Below are positions 24,966 through 39,300 of a stretch of 64,000 bases of DNA, piece by piece. The DNA is taken from the NCBI GenBank assembly GCA_002269645.1, contig NIVC01001480.1, positions 14,051 to 78,050 of the forward strand, given 5' to 3'. Source of the DNA: Macrostomum lignano (lineage: Eukaryota). Under the pieces are notes generated by a model. That model searched no databases, had not been told where the DNA came from, and worked only from the letters and a program-made list of their open reading frames with translations. Within the stretch, counting starts at the first letter, position 1, and every line of letters starts with the position of its first letter. The position numbers and the translations under genes were made by a program.

Positions 24966-25299
24966 TTAGTACATATCTGCATACTTGTGTGCCTGCTCAG
25001 GAAAGTTGGTAGAATATGAAGCAATGCCTCTTGTCAGTTGTGTGAGAATGCCACTTAAGTGTAGCAAGGTGCACTCAGCCAACCTACATCTAATAATTCT
25101 AATAAAGATTGTTATGCCTTTAATTATGGACCTATTCAATACTAGCAGCAAAGCTACTTATGCTTTTAAGTATAATATGATAATAAAAGTACAAATAGCT
25201 AGTATTATAAATAGGCTATATAAGTGTCTGCCAACTAGAAGCGCTGTCATGCAAAGAGGACCAGAGGTCTGCTGAACTGGCTGAAGTCCCATGGTGGAC

Positions 25300-25773
25300 T
25301 TGTGCATGTTTTCTCGGACGAGAAGCTGTTCACCATCGATGCTGTTATCAATAGGCAAAATTATTGTTGTATCATATCTGGGCCAATGTCTGAGATCTCA
25401 AGCAATGTTTGGGTGATTAAATTTGGGTTGCAGCAGAGGTACCCAAGAGGTGACTATGTGTTTTAGCAAGATCGCAGTCCAGCTCATACTGCGAGGACAA
25501 TGCAGGCATTTTTGGTGGACCAACTTGAACAATTTCTGGGATAAAGACATCTGGCCTCCCTCATTGCCTGATTTGAACTCCTTAGACTTCTATTTCTAGG
25601 CGTGTGTGGATAAGGAGGCTTGCTGAGTTCAACATAGGAGCACAGCAGATCTGTGTGCTGCCATCTACAAGGCATGGGAAAAAATCCCAAACCAAGAGGT
25701 TGCCAGGGCTATGCAGACTTTTTGGAAGTGCCTTGAGAGAGTTGTGGAAGCTGGCGGAGGATTTATAGAATAA
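25300..25773 (+). pseudogene. Tc1/mariner-superfamily transposase relic
   Basis: Broken reading FSDEKLFT..INRQN, WPPSLPDLNSLDF and VVEAGGGFIE*, with stops and frameshifts. Confidence 0.7.
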
Positions 25774-26013
25774 CGCTTTAGTATATATGATAGACTAAAA
25801 TTAGAGTACATTTTAATGTAATTGTGAGAATTCATTTGGTCACTGTGCATCAAAATATATTTTTTTTATAAAAATGTTTTTTTATAAAAAAGGCCTAATG
25901 TTTAAATGTGCGCAGCCAGTATATATTAGATTCCCTATTAATATATTGCACATTTTAATGTGGAATTCACTGCAGGATTCAATGCAGAATTTTCCACATT
26001 AAACTAACCAAAG

Positions 26014-26175
26014 CCAGTGGCGCAGCCAGGGAGGGGGCAGGGGGGCTTGGTCCCCCCCAAATTTCAAAGAATAAATTGCCCCCCCCTTGAAATTCTTAAG
26101 AAAAAAACCTACCCTCTATACCCCTCATCTGGTACTAAATGCCCCCTCCCAAAAAATTTTCTGGCTATACCACTG
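26014..26175. mobile_element. Small non-autonomous DNA transposon
   Basis: Imperfect TIR CAGTGGCGCAGCCAG / CTGGCTATACCACTG with a degenerate 8-bp flank match. Confidence 0.5.
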
Positions 26176-26811
26176 ATCAAACCATTAATGTATATAATCT
26201 AAACAAATTTAACCCAATTATTTTTTTACTTTCCCAATTGATATACTAAGGCCTAACCATTTTCAATGCAAGATTCAATGCAAGATTTCCTGCACTAAAC
26301 TCAACTTGAGTTCTTAAGCCTATCCAATAGGGATTTCCCACAAAAAACTCAACTTGAGTTCCTAAAATGATTCAATGCGGAATTTGATGTATTTTTTTTA
26401 CCACTTGGAACCAAAGTCACACACCAATATACATCTATTTCCTAGTAAATTTTTCATTCAGTCTTGATAATAGAATACAAAAATAAAGGTCAAATATGAG
26501 CATCAACCAGAAAGATATTAACATTTAAATTTCATAGCTAGCAGAAGCAGGCTATCCTATGATAAGGATGCCAAAAACTATCAATTTTGTAGAACTACAA
26601 GTAGTTTACCAGTTTAAAACCTAGTTTTCCAACTTTTGCTGCTAAACTACTCAAAAAAGGTCATTTAGCATTATATATGGTAATTATATGCCCAACCTTA
26701 GAATTTCACCTGTCCAGTGCAACTTAGTTTCGTCCAGATTTGTGACTTAGTTCCCTCGATTGCAACTTATCAAGTTTACAACAATAACATGTAATGTGCA
26801 TAGGCCTAACA

Positions 26812-27483
26812 CCATAGTCAGGAAGGTGGCAGAGTGTGCGCCGGAACAAATTTTGGCCTCTCCCAAAATTGTGCGCCGTGCGCCGACACAAAAACCCTCG
26901 TGTGCGCCGTTGTGCGCCCGCCACTACCTGCCTTGCGACAATAAAAGACCTTTTTTTACAACATAGCAACAATTTTTGTGCGCCAATATACGGGACGGTT
27001 ACGGGCTATCTATATTATATTATGAGAAATTGAGATCTGAAAATAGAAATAGAAATTCGAAAGTAGAAATTTAAAAATTTTTTAATTTAATTTCTAATTT
27101 TTAAAACAAAACAAACATAAAAAGTAAGCAAATGGCAAAAACAAAGGTAAAAAGGAAAAGGAAAATATTTTATTTTATTTTTTTTGGTAGAATGCAGTGT
27201 TACATTAGATAGAACAGTGAATAGTGTACTGTAACAAGTAACGACTTACATCGTTACATGGGATCGCCACAAGGGTAACGCTGCATGTGGCGCGGCGCCC
27301 GCCCCGCCGCGCCGCCATGCGCCGGTGTCCTCTGGTGTGCGCCGTTGTGCGCCGCTGTGCGCCAGTGCGCCGCTGTGCGCTGTTGTGGCGCGCCGCTGTG
27401 CGCCGTTGTGCGCCGTTGTGTGCCCAAAAAGGGCTTGTGTGCGCCGGAATTTTCCGACCAAACTGCCACCTTCCTGACTATGG
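26812..27483. mobile_element. hAT-type MITE
   Basis: 21-bp TIR CCATAGTCAGGAAGGTGGCAG and a perfect 8-bp TSD GCCTAACA. Confidence 0.8.
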
Positions 27484-28291
27484 GCCTAACATAGACTTAA
27501 TAGTTCACATAGTCAGTTAATCTTCTATTGCACTTTATAAAGCACCTGCAATCAGAAATTCAGCTTTAGTCAAACTCTAACAATGTTAAAGCAGGTAGCA
27601 ATCAAAGAGGATGACTAAAAAATAGTATATAAAAGCCTATAGAAAAAATATTAAAAGCACTTATAATTAGAAATGGCAATGGCACTGAAGACTGAAGACT
27701 TTTGGAGTTGAAATTGAAGCGTAGAAATAGTTTGTATTACCTACGACGTGCAATATAACAATACAAAAATAAACCACAACATGAAATCTTAGCTTGTTTA
27801 TAAAATAGAATGCTAAAAAATTGTTAACAAAATAATTTAGAAGTGTAAGACCAGACCGAAACCGACCAAAAAACCTGTTTTTGGGGCCAAAACTGGTTTT
27901 TCGGTTAACCGGAATTGGCATCCCTAGGCTATGACTCCTACGAGTCAAAACATCAAATTTTGAGTGTTTCAAACGAAAGATTTAAAGAACCATGTGTTGT
28001 GTGTCACTTTGGCTCCGGCCAATTTCGGCGATGGAATTTTCGGCGAGTACTACTTTGACAAATTATGTATGGCCATTTCGAGAAGTAAAGTTTTATATGT
28101 TGTTCTTTCTTATTTTACTATTTGGGCTACTTCTTATCTAAGTCTTAGTCATATAAAATAACAATAAGTCATTTCGACTTCAGGTTCAGCATCCATGACA
28201 GCTTTCTAAGAAAAAGTATATTTAAAGAATGGTTAGTGAAACAACATAAAGCAGTAAAACCACATTTCAGACAGCAAAGTAGTTAAAGGCA

Positions 28292-28719
28292 NNNNNNNNN
28301 NNNNNNNNNNNNNNNNNNNNNNNNNNNNNNNNNNNNNNNNNNNNNNNNNNNNNNNNNNNNNNNNNNNNNNNNNNNNNNNNNNNNNNNNNNNNNNNNNNNN
28401 NNNNNNNNNNNNNNNNNNNNNNNNNNNNNNNNNNNNNNNNNNNNNNNNNNNNNNNNNNNNNNNNNNNNNNNNNNNNNNNNNNNNNNNNNNNNNNNNNNNN
28501 NNNNNNNNNNNNNNNNNNNNNNNNNNNNNNNNNNNNNNNNNNNNNNNNNNNNNNNNNNNNNNNNNNNNNNNNNNNNNNNNNNNNNNNNNNNNNNNNNNNN
28601 NNNNNNNNNNNNNNNNNNNNNNNNNNNNNNNNNNNNNNNNNNNNNNNNNNNNNNNNNNNNNNNNNNNNNNNNNNNNNNNNNNNNNNNNNNNNNNNNNNNN
28701 NNNNNNNNNNNNNNNNNNN
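28292..28719. other. Assembly gap (N run)
   Basis: Run of N. Confidence 1.
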
Positions 28720-31000
28720 TCTCGTTCTACAATCTAAAGTGAAGTCTTTACAGTTTATAATGTTAAATAATGCTCAACCAAATCCGTATTCACAACCTTA
28801 ACCCAACCTCTGTTTTCAACTGTTTAGCAACTTTTTTCTCTTTGTTTTCTTGCTTATTGGTTGAAAAGTTAATCTTGTATCATTAATAGCATTTGATAAT
28901 ACACTAGTGTGCTTGTGGTGGATTTACTGTTGCGGTTTTCTTTTAATTCAATTATTTTAAGTTCTTCTAAATCGTTCTTATTTCACAATCATTTAATCCT
29001 GGACATGGTTGGTTGTTGGTTGTGTATATTTGTGCAGAGCTATAGATCGAGGAACTGAGTCTGGTGGATATCTAATATATCTTACGTATCTAATTCCGAG
29101 GGGAAATCAATTAAAATAGTTAAACTAGGCTCATATACATTACCACTGCAATACACTAACATATGCTAGGAATGACTTGGGACTTTTAAATCGATTCGTG
29201 TCATTTCGTTTTCCCATTCACCTTTTCTTTTTCATGTAATACGAATTGTACAGAACAACAAGTGATAGAAAGTGAAAGTGGCACTACATGTAGTCAATCT
29301 GTAAGAAGCAATATAAGCTTTATAAAAGCTGAATACAAAGTATAGTGCAAAGCTACTCGGCATTACCGCGGTCAGCCGACCTCGGCCCGAGGTCGTCGGC
29401 CCGAGCTAGAACCGCCGTCAACCCGCGAGCTCGGCCCGATCTCGGCGGGCCGAGCTCGGGCCGAGCGCGGCTTTGCCACTGGGCGATCGGCCATGCTAAA
29501 GTCGACCAGCCGACGTCGGCCCGAACTCGGGAGAACCTCGGGGTGCCGCGTCGTTAACCAATTGTTGCTTGGGGCAGTGTCCCTTATCATCGGCAGCCCG
29601 ATTTCGAAAGTTCCGGTTTGGTGAGCCAGAACGCACGGGCTGGTGGCAGCGGGTTAGTTAATCTGCGGATTAGCTATTCTCTACCTTAGAAATTCTCGCT
29701 GCTTAATTGTCTCTCGCTGTCTTCTCCTAGCTATAGGACCTAGACTGCTCGCCACAGATCAAGCTACCATGGGGCTGACCAATCTGACTGGAGTGGAGGG
29801 CCAGGACTCTAATTGATTTATTTCTGAGACCTGGGGCCTGAAGGCTTCCCTTAAGGAGCCGAAAAGGCCGAAACCCATCATGTATTTACATATTGGAAAT
29901 TCTGCAATAAATACCACTATACAGTGTTAGCAGCCCATGCCTATGCTTTGGATCAGACGTGCATGTGCTGATCAATGTGTGGATACAGTTGTAGTTGTGT
30001 GAAAATAGCTTATAAGGTTATTGTTTTTATAGTGATTAAGGTTAAATTTCTTTCATAGTGACGGGTTTTTATGGTTTACAGTACAGCGATTATTATATTT
30101 TTGCCGGACTAGAAAATAGCCAAAATTACAAAAAAAATAAAAACAATATTTTAATTTATTAAATTCATATTTTTTAAGCAATAAATTGTTAAAGCGATTA
30201 TTTAATATTGTTATACCCAATCTTAGATTGACTTTAAAGTGGAAGAATAAGTATTTCTTAGAAAAATGACAAGGAATTGTCCGTACCGTACGTTGATGTT
30301 AAGTAAAGTGTAAAGTAACGCTTTGGTAGGCAGTTAGTAAGCTCTCTGCTCTGAGGATGTAGTGGTCACCGGAATTGGATTGTCTGCGTTTTTTAAACTA
30401 ATACTTCAAAGTGGATTTCAGTCATACTCATACCGAAATGCAACAGTTATTGAAACAGAAAGGTTTTCTGCAACGGACTTTTTTATTATTTTTAAGTGAC
30501 GAACGAAAATTTCAGTTTGGCCAAACTGTAGCTGTAGGCTTAGATTTTAGTTTGATGTGTCCACTGATGCTCAAGTAAAGTCTTCGAATGTAAAAAATAT
30601 GTTCATAATTTATTTTAAAAGAATCAAAACCTTTTACTTTGGTTTGTTTGTTTCATTCTCATTCACTGTTCTTTGACTATGCCTATCTATAACTATAAGC
30701 AATGATATATTTAGATCATTTTGCAATTTTTTTAGTGCTTGAAATTCTCAAGAGCATATTATGAGTATGACCATGGATGGGCTCAGCCTAATTTGTTTTG
30801 CATATCAGTTAGTTCTATCACTATCAGAAATCTCAGTATTATTCCTGTTATTTTTAATAAATTGGCCTATCTATGTAAGTATTTATTAAGTTATTAATTA
30901 TAATTTATATGATTTTCTTTGGTATGAAGCCAAAGGGATAAAGGGTTGTCATATCTCTAAGTGTGGCATTTTAATTAAAGTACTTATGAGGGTGTGCAGC

Positions 31001-31219
31001 CATTTTGTCTGCTGGTTTTGTTCGTGCTTGGGCGCAACCTAGGGATTCACCCGGCCGTTTCTATTGGCAACACACACACGTAAGTCGCTATTGGACAGAA
31101 TAGTAGTCACGTGACTGCTCTCAGCCAATAGCGACTTACATGTGTGTGTTGCCAATAGAAACGGCCGGGTGATTCCCAAGGTTGCGCATGTATGGTTTTG
31201 TTTGCCAGCAGACAAAATG
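31001..31219. repeat. About 220-bp fold-back (palindromic) element
   Basis: Near-perfect arms around the centre AGTCACGTGACT. Confidence 0.8.
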
Positions 31220-31667
31220 ACTTGTTCAACAGAAAAAAATGAAAATTTAGTTACATAGCTTATAAAGCTAATTTTTCAAATTTAGATATTACAAGTCATG
31301 CAAAACCAAAAATAGTTATTATACAATATAATTTTTTGCAGGCGTAATTTGTTTATTAATTATTGTAATCTTTCTAAGTATTAAAATTTAAATTTCTGTT
31401 GAGAAAAAAAAGTTATAAGCTGTGGTTACAAATATTAAAGGTAGGAGTTAGCAGTTAAATACAATTAGTTGGCTGTTATAAGCCTTATCTAATGATGATA
31501 ATGTATTTGCTATCCCTGTTGTAATGCTTACTTGTTATAAACAAAAAGTTACAATTATAGCCTATAGGTCAATGTTTGGGTCACTTGGAAAAAATCAATT
31601 TTTTAGATACATATACACTCATGCTTCTAACATAATGAGTTCTTTATCTTCACTACCACTATAAGTA

Positions 31668-33210
31668 TGAGGGGTATTGCAATTTCCTATAGGTGCATTT
31701 CTCAATGCAATGATAGCAAGGGAAATTTCTAGGTAATATTCTAAAACAATTTGTCAAAAACAGTAAAGGAACACATTATTATGCTTTATTAGTGTCAAAT
31801 GGAACAAAAAGCAACAATTTAAAACATGTCGCAATCAATCAGTGTCCTTTCACTATAAATCACTGTACCAAAGTTCTAGCTGCCATTGATCCCTACCAAT
31901 CACTGTCACTGATGTCATTCTTTGTTTGGCCCAGCACTGTTGCGTTCCATATATTCATCATTAAATGCTATACACTTCTGATAGTGTTCAATCAGATTGT
32001 TAAACCCAGCCTTCCAGAAGCTGGAGTCCAGCTGGTGCAGCAATGCATTAGCGGCATCAATAACCTGACGTGTTGTGAAAACTTGCCTACACATCGGCAA
32101 CTTCATTGGACCAAAGAGATGGAAGTCGGCAATCGCAATGTCGGGACTGTAGGCTGGGTGACTTAGCTGACAAAAGCCCAGCTCTTCCACCTTGGCAAAA
32201 GTGCAAGCAATGGCATGCAGATATGTGTTGTCCCAAAGGATGAATGGCTTCTGATATATGATTCGGCACTTGGATAGAATGGTAGCACGCAGTTGCTCAA
32301 GCTGGTTAATCACATAGTTGGCATTGATTGTCTAGCCCTGGGTAGGTAGTCAACAAGTAGCACGCCGTGTGCATTGCACCACACTCTGCACATGATGTTC
32401 TGGGTCTAGGCTGACTTCATGGCCTTTGTGTGTGGGTGCTATCCCTTTGGCCCCATTGTATCAAGTGCTGCTTTGTCAGTGGATTAAACATTGGCAGCGG
32501 TGTCTCATCCATTGTGATTACAAGCTCCTTGAACTTCTCATCACCAAGCTCATTCCATATAGCCCAGTTGTCTGCCAAACATTGCACCCATGCTTTTTTG
32601 TGTTCTTCTGTCAGCTCTTGTGGCACCCACTTAGCACAAATCTTCAACCAGCCATGGTGTTGGAGAATGTGACTCACAGACGAGTAGTGAACGCTGCACA
32701 CACTCTCCACTTCATGCATATGTGCAGATGGGTTTGCCTCCGAATATTAGAACATGGTAGCCACATTTTTGTCATCTGTGCTGGAACGTGGATAGCCAGA
32801 GTGAGCAGCATCAGCAACACTTGTTTGACCATTAGCAGCAAGTCGGTGGTGGGCAAGCACTTGTGTGTGACCCAACGCATGACCACCAAAAGCAGTGCAA
32901 ACTTCATTAAAAGTCTGCATTGGTGTCTTACCCATGTGCTGATATGCCATAATGAAGTGACGTTGACTTTCTTTTGAACCAAAATCTGAGTGGTTTTTTG
33001 GTCGGCTCATTCTCCGAGTGAAATAGTGTAAAATAACATAGACCCTTAGGCTTAACTTGGCTCTAATGTAGGTGTGTTTATCCTAGTCATGCAAAATTTT
33101 AGCCTGCTACTTATTAATAACCAAATAGTTTATGGATGAAAGCTCATCCAAATCTGATAAGAATTGTGCTTTAGCAAACACTAGTCCAGAAAATTTTGCA
33201 ACACCCCTTA
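31668..33210 (-). mobile_element. Degenerate mariner transposon
   Basis: Fragmented transposase with WVPQEL, ITMDET, LWDN and HPAYSPDIA. Imperfect TIRs TGAGGGGTATTGCAA / TTGCAACACCCCTTA, each flanked by TA. Confidence 0.85.
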
Positions 33211-34421
33211 TATTTTTTAGGACATACAGATATTTATTTTCAATATTATATATATTTGCATCATACCTTAGTCTTAATATTCTGTGATAGACAAAATGAC
33301 TGCATTATATTTTGAAGACAAAAAATGGCAAACAAGCAGACAAAACAACCATTAACCCTTATAAAGATTCTATTTTATTCACCTACTGATAGTTTGCTAA
33401 GTAGACAAAAAGCCTTACTAAAATGATTCATCTGCCTGCTAGGAAATAGAGGTAGGAATAGAAGTGGGATAGGGAGGCCAAGGGAGCTGCTTAATTCTAG
33501 CAAAATTTTGGGATTTTATCCTAGGATTAAAATTTGTTAGAACTTACTAGGTTTGATAAATGATAGGCCTAGGATTATTGCTAGGATTCAAAATCCTAAG
33601 ATATAAAAAATTTATGAATCCTAGGATCTCTGCTCTCTATAGCAATCTTTCTTGTTAGACTCTTAAGTCTTATCTTCTTATATCTAAAGCTGCTCGTAGT
33701 TCAATCAACTGATCAACTGGCTGGGTTTAACTTGAATTTATTATTCTCTATTTTTATTTTATTTAGCATGAATTTATATTATTTATATACCAAAATCCTT
33801 TCCTATACTAATATTATTAATTTATGGAACTTATTTTATTGTTACTTTTGGAATAAATTGGTGAAATTGAAACAGCGACATGTAGCTATACAAAAGAAAA
33901 AATAATCTATAGGTTAATTCAGAACAAAAGAAAGGTAGTGTATTACAATTTCAACAAGTATAGTTAGCTTATGAAATCATTTGTTATTGATATAAATATT
34001 TCTAGCTTATTGTTGTTACTTGTTTGTAATTGTTAAATCTCTACTATAATCCTATTATAATTCCTCAGGATCCTAGGATTACAAATACTTAGGACTTACT
34101 GGGATAGATAATCCTAAGATTTTCTTTGGCTAGGATATCCCAATCTTAATAATCCTGGTGTTGACAGAAGATTATGATTTTGTAATTCTTAAGCTAACCC
34201 ACTATGTAGCTTTTTGTTAGGTCAATGTCAAATATTTTCCTTTGATTCAACAAAGTACTTTGCTGGCTGATCAATGTTAAATTGTTAGTTAAAACCAATA
34301 CTACTTTGGCATGCATTTGATGTCTATTTAACATTTTTTAAATGTTGCATTAGTATATATTTTTGGCTACTCTGAAGTTTGGTATAATATAGAAATCAAC
34401 TAGTAGAATATGTATTGTTGC

Positions 34422-34806
34422 CATACATGCGCAACCTCCAAAATTCGGTCGGCCTCACCTCTTCTCTCCTATTTTCTCCCTTATCTACTCCTCTCTTTCC
34501 CTTTATTCCCTCTCCTCTCCTAAAACTAATTCGGCGACTTAGTTTTAACAAAAATGCGACGTAGTTTTTGGCCAAAAAATGCAACTTACATGTTAAAAAA
34601 CCGGAAAGCAAATAAACGCAACTTTGGGTAAACGGCAGGAGTAACTATGAGCCTCTTATAAAGCTAAAATGCCTCGTCAGCTACTTAGTACTACTACTTT
34701 GTGTTTTTTTTCGGGTGGGCATTTTTGCAACTTACTTGGTTGGCTGCCAAATCGGTCGGCCGGATCGGCCGGCTCGGCCGGCTCGGCCGACTTTTGCGCA
34801 TGTATA
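34422..34806. mobile_element. hAT-type MITE, copy 1 of a family
   Basis: TIR core ATACATGCGCAA and 8-bp TSD ATTGTTGC. Confidence 0.8.
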
Positions 34807-36388
34807 ATTGTTGCTAAACAGCATTTTATGTTATAAAATCAGTGTCAAGTTGTTTGGCATATAAAAATGGGAAAAGTACAAGATGCGCCAGTGTTCAGTT
34901 ATCATTATTAGACATTTGCTTCTAGCAAAACAAAACCATAATTATTGTTTGAGCAATTGGGTGAATAAGTGAGAATAGGAGGTAGTAGTACACAATTCAA
35001 GGTATTAAGCAATAAATGCATAAATTATGAGTGGAAATTGTGAGCAATTTAGACTATTATTATAAGCAATAATCAAATAGTTGCATCTTCAAAGGCTTCT
35101 GACTCTGATGACAACTGCTAAGTGCTGCACTTTCCTATTATAAATTTACAGTTGTCACATGTAGCTAAATGTCCAGCGCTATCATCTTCCTGCCTATCTG
35201 CTGATAGGCACTTGTCTGGCTGCTTTCAATAGGTGCTGCTATCCTTTAGATAAAGCCAAATGCACTCTTCAATTTCACCAAGGTCTGAGTGCATCATATA
35301 ACTTATTTCCAATGCCAATTTTGATCAGTGGTTCAAATATATTGCAGAAGGCCAGCTTTCTATCATTTCCACATCAGTTGCCATAGTAGAATTGTAATGA
35401 AAGAGTTAACTATATTATTGTCAATAAAGACAAACCAACAAAAGTAAAAAGAAGCATCAGAAGATAATATATTCTACTTACAAATAGAATATAGATAAAG
35501 GTAAAGCACTATAGTCCATTAAAAAATTAGTAAAAAATTATAGTACTAGAAAAAAATACAATAAAAAATTATATATTGCTAAAAAGAATTTTTTCTGAAA
35601 TTCATTTATTTAACATTTAAGTCTTAAGTTAAGATATTGATAGTAATACAGTTAAATTATGATACATTTTCTGGCATTATAAGCCTAGCTAGCCTACTGT
35701 ACCATCTGGATTATGGCTGACAAAATAGCTATCTTATATTTGCTTATACCATAGTAATAATTTCTGGCTAATCTATATAGAACACTAACAAGATTGCTGC
35801 TTAACCTTGTGCATACAGCATATGCTGGCTTGATATGAAACAATGATATCAAAGTTTTGCACATAGGAGATCAAAGGTCTAGACACTATAAATTGATATA
35901 ACTAGCTAATGTAAGACATAATAACTTTTGAGTATTAGAATGCCAATTTTTCATATGACACAACTATTAAGCTACTAATATGATTAAGTCTGTTATTTAA
36001 ATTAATGTAAATGTAATTATTTTAATATTTACATAAATAACATTATAATAGGTTCAAAATTTTGAAAAACATTGCTACTTTCATAAGCTCACAAAGCTCT
36101 CATTGACTTCAATTCATAAATATAGAGTGATAAAAATATACAATTAAATAGAATAATTTTCTCCAAGGCAAGGCCTAGAAAAAGAAATTATTTCAAATAT
36201 TCTGACTACTAATAGTAGCTATTCTTATTATTAATACCATTCGATTTTATTGCTTGATGAGACCTGTCCGCATTTTGTAACACTTATTATTGCTAGCGGC
36301 CTGCGAACATCCAGAATAGTCACTACTTTCCTTTGTTGTACAAATTACTCCGGAGGAATTGGCGACCTAGCAGACAGCAGCCATTGAC

Positions 36389-39300
36389 ATGAGCCATCGG
36401 CACCAGCCCTCGGTGGCCGCAGCTGCCGCCGCGCCGCAAGGCTCCGCCGCTTCGGCTTCCGCGGCGGCCGCAGCTGCAGCCGCCTCTCAGTCGCCTTCAA
36501 TTCCTCCCAGCTTAGAGGATCTCTGCGTCCGCTTGCTGACCTCCCGTGGCCTGCGGGACCTCGCCGGCCCCACCGCTGCCGGCTGCGGGCGCATCTCCTT
36601 CTATCCGAGGGTGCCCTACCTGTGCCCGGCTGTGGCTGACAAGCTTTTGAATTCGCTGGCAGCTGGCGGCAAGCTCACCGACCCGCTGCTGGGGGCCTTC
36701 ACTCCAGACCGGTGCGGCCTGCAGTGCGTGCAGCTCGAGAATGCCGAGGACTTATCGTTGGAGAGTCTCAAGGTGCGAATTGGTTTTGAGTTTCCTTCTT
36801 CAATTCTTTTGGAATCCTCTGTAAAGGATGGGATTCCAACTGGGTGAGATGGATTCCAACTGAGTGAGATGGGATTCCAACTAGGTTAAATGGGATTCCA
36901 ACTGGGTGAGATGGGATTCCAATTGAGTGAGATGGGATTCCAACTGAGTGAGATGGGATTCCAACTGGATGAGATGGGATGCCAACCAGATGAGATGGGA
37001 TTCCAGCTGGGTGAGATGGGATGGGATTCCAACTGATTGAGATAGGATTCCAACTGGGTAAGATGGGATTCCAACTGAGTGAGATGGGATTCCAACCAGA
37101 TGGGATGGGATTCCATCCGGATGAGATGGGATTCCAACCGAATGAGATAAGATTGCAACCGAATGGGATGGGATTCCATTCGGATGAGATGGGATTCCCA
37201 ACCGAATGGATGGTACTCCAACCGAATGAGATGGGATTCCAACCGAATTGAGATGTGATTCCAACTGGGTGAGATGGGATTCCAACTGGATGAGAAGGGA
37301 TTCCAACAAATAAGATGGGATTACAAAAGGATGAGAAGGGATTCCAACTGGGTGAGATGGGATTACAAAAGGATGGGATGCAACGCTACAATACATTTTG
37401 TAAACTTCTGCCAATTCTCGCCCAGGTGCTCAAGCGTCACCGCCTACTTCGTCTGACCTGCGTCCGCCTGGAACAGGTGAACCTGTACTCCCTGGTCAGC
37501 TGCCTGTCAGACGCCAGCAAGCAGCAGATGGTGTCCTTCAACCTGGCTGGCACTTCAATCCTGTGCGACAAGCTGCCAGTCATTGTCTGCCTGTCAGTGT
37601 TCCGCAGCCTGGCCAGCCTGAATCTGGCCAACACGGAGCTCGACTGCAAATGCCTCGAAGTGATCTGTAACGATCTGCGCCACCTGGTTCACCTGGACAT
37701 CTCCAAGACTGACGTTGTAGATATATGGCCACTGAGGCGAATGCGGCACAGGCTGAAGTATTTGCACCTGTACGGCGTCAAGCCCAAGCAGGCTAGCCGG
37801 TTTCTTACTGTGCTGTCCGAGCTGGAGAATCTGGTGCTGCTCGACATCAGTGACGACACCAGTTTGGCCAGGTGTGTCCTTGTGACCTTCTTTGTCATCT
37901 TTTGTGTCTTGATTGCTTTAGCTAGTTCAGCGGAGCAGCTCAGCGGTGGGCCACGATTTTTGGTTCGATTCAATCTCTGCCAATGAGGGCCAACGCCAAC
38001 CCCCAAGGCACAGAGAATGTACATGCCTGAGGATTAGAAAGTCATGGGCTCTGTACACCCTGTGTGAGCGTGTGTACGAGTGCGTGCCTGCGTACAGCAT
38101 TGGCCCTTGCTCTTGCATGTGCTCAGGAGCCAGCGGAATGGAGCCAGCCAATGTGCCCGCCGGTGAATCTAGAGCAGAGGTGGGCAAAGGAGAGGAGAGG
38201 GAATAAAGGGAAAGAGAGGAGTAGATAAGGGAGAAAATAGGAGAGAAGAGGTGAAGAAAGGGAAGAAAGAAGAGAGCTAAGAAGAGACGCCAATCTTGAG
38301 CGGGCGGGATTGCTATTGGGAAGTTTCAAAGCACCCGAGGGCCGGATAGAGAGGCTTTGCGTGTGGCCCACGGGCCGGAGTTTGCCTGAACCAGGCGGTT
38401 GATGTACTTTAGCTGGGCTCCATGTACTGCATGCATCCGAGATCTGGAATACTAAAAAGTGCACGCGCTCCCGCCGCAGATTCGGTAAGCCGCAGGTGCA
38501 ACAGCAGGTTCGGGAACTGTTCAGCTCGCCGAACTTCCTGCCCCGCCTGGAGCACCTGGACGTGTCCGGCAACAAGCTCAAGCTGGACGTCGGCCTCCTA
38601 CGCCAGTTCGTGCTGGCCCGGCCGAGCCTGAAGTTCCTCGGCTTCGCCATGGTGGACGAACAGCTGAGCGGCGAGCCGGAGCTGCCAGTTGAAATCGCCG
38701 GCTTCGACACCGAGGATCAGCTGATCAGGTGCCTGCACAGGTACAGGGACAGGGAGAACTACATGCAGCAGACCCTGTGCGCGGTGTTCCTGCACACCAA
38801 TCACATGTTCAATCTGCGCGAGCGGCTGCTCAGAGCAACGTTTCCGGTGCTTCGGAAGTACTCTCACAGGATGCAGCTGCAGCTTGCTGGCACCGCCGTG
38901 CTGTACAATCTGACCCGCTACCAGCTCAGCTTCAAGCTCTGCCCTGCAGTGCGCAACACAGTGGTTGATCTTGTGCTCAACGCTATGGGCAATTTTCCCA
39001 AGCAGCAACAGTTGCAGAAGAATGCCTGCTCACCCTGTGCAACGATTGCTTCTTGCATCAGGCCGAGTTCGATCGGCTGTGGTGCCTGTCGCTCGTGTGC
39101 GACGGTCTTGTGCAGTTCAGCGACCAGCACATGGTGCGCATGCTGGTGGCCATCGTGAGCATCGTGTCAGCCAAGGTCAGCAGTCGCGACCTGGCCCTGC
39201 TCGGCTCTCAGGAGCGCCTGTTCGCCCGCCTGGTCGCGCTGGTCCAGGACCGGCGCCGGCTGCTGCGGTCGCAGCTGGCCGACCTGCCCAAGCCGCCGGG

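Noticed and set aside
29838-29875. Hammerhead ribozyme (CTGAAG...CGAAA)
   Set aside because: Lacks the full CUGANGA core and a recognisable stem III and cleavage triplet.
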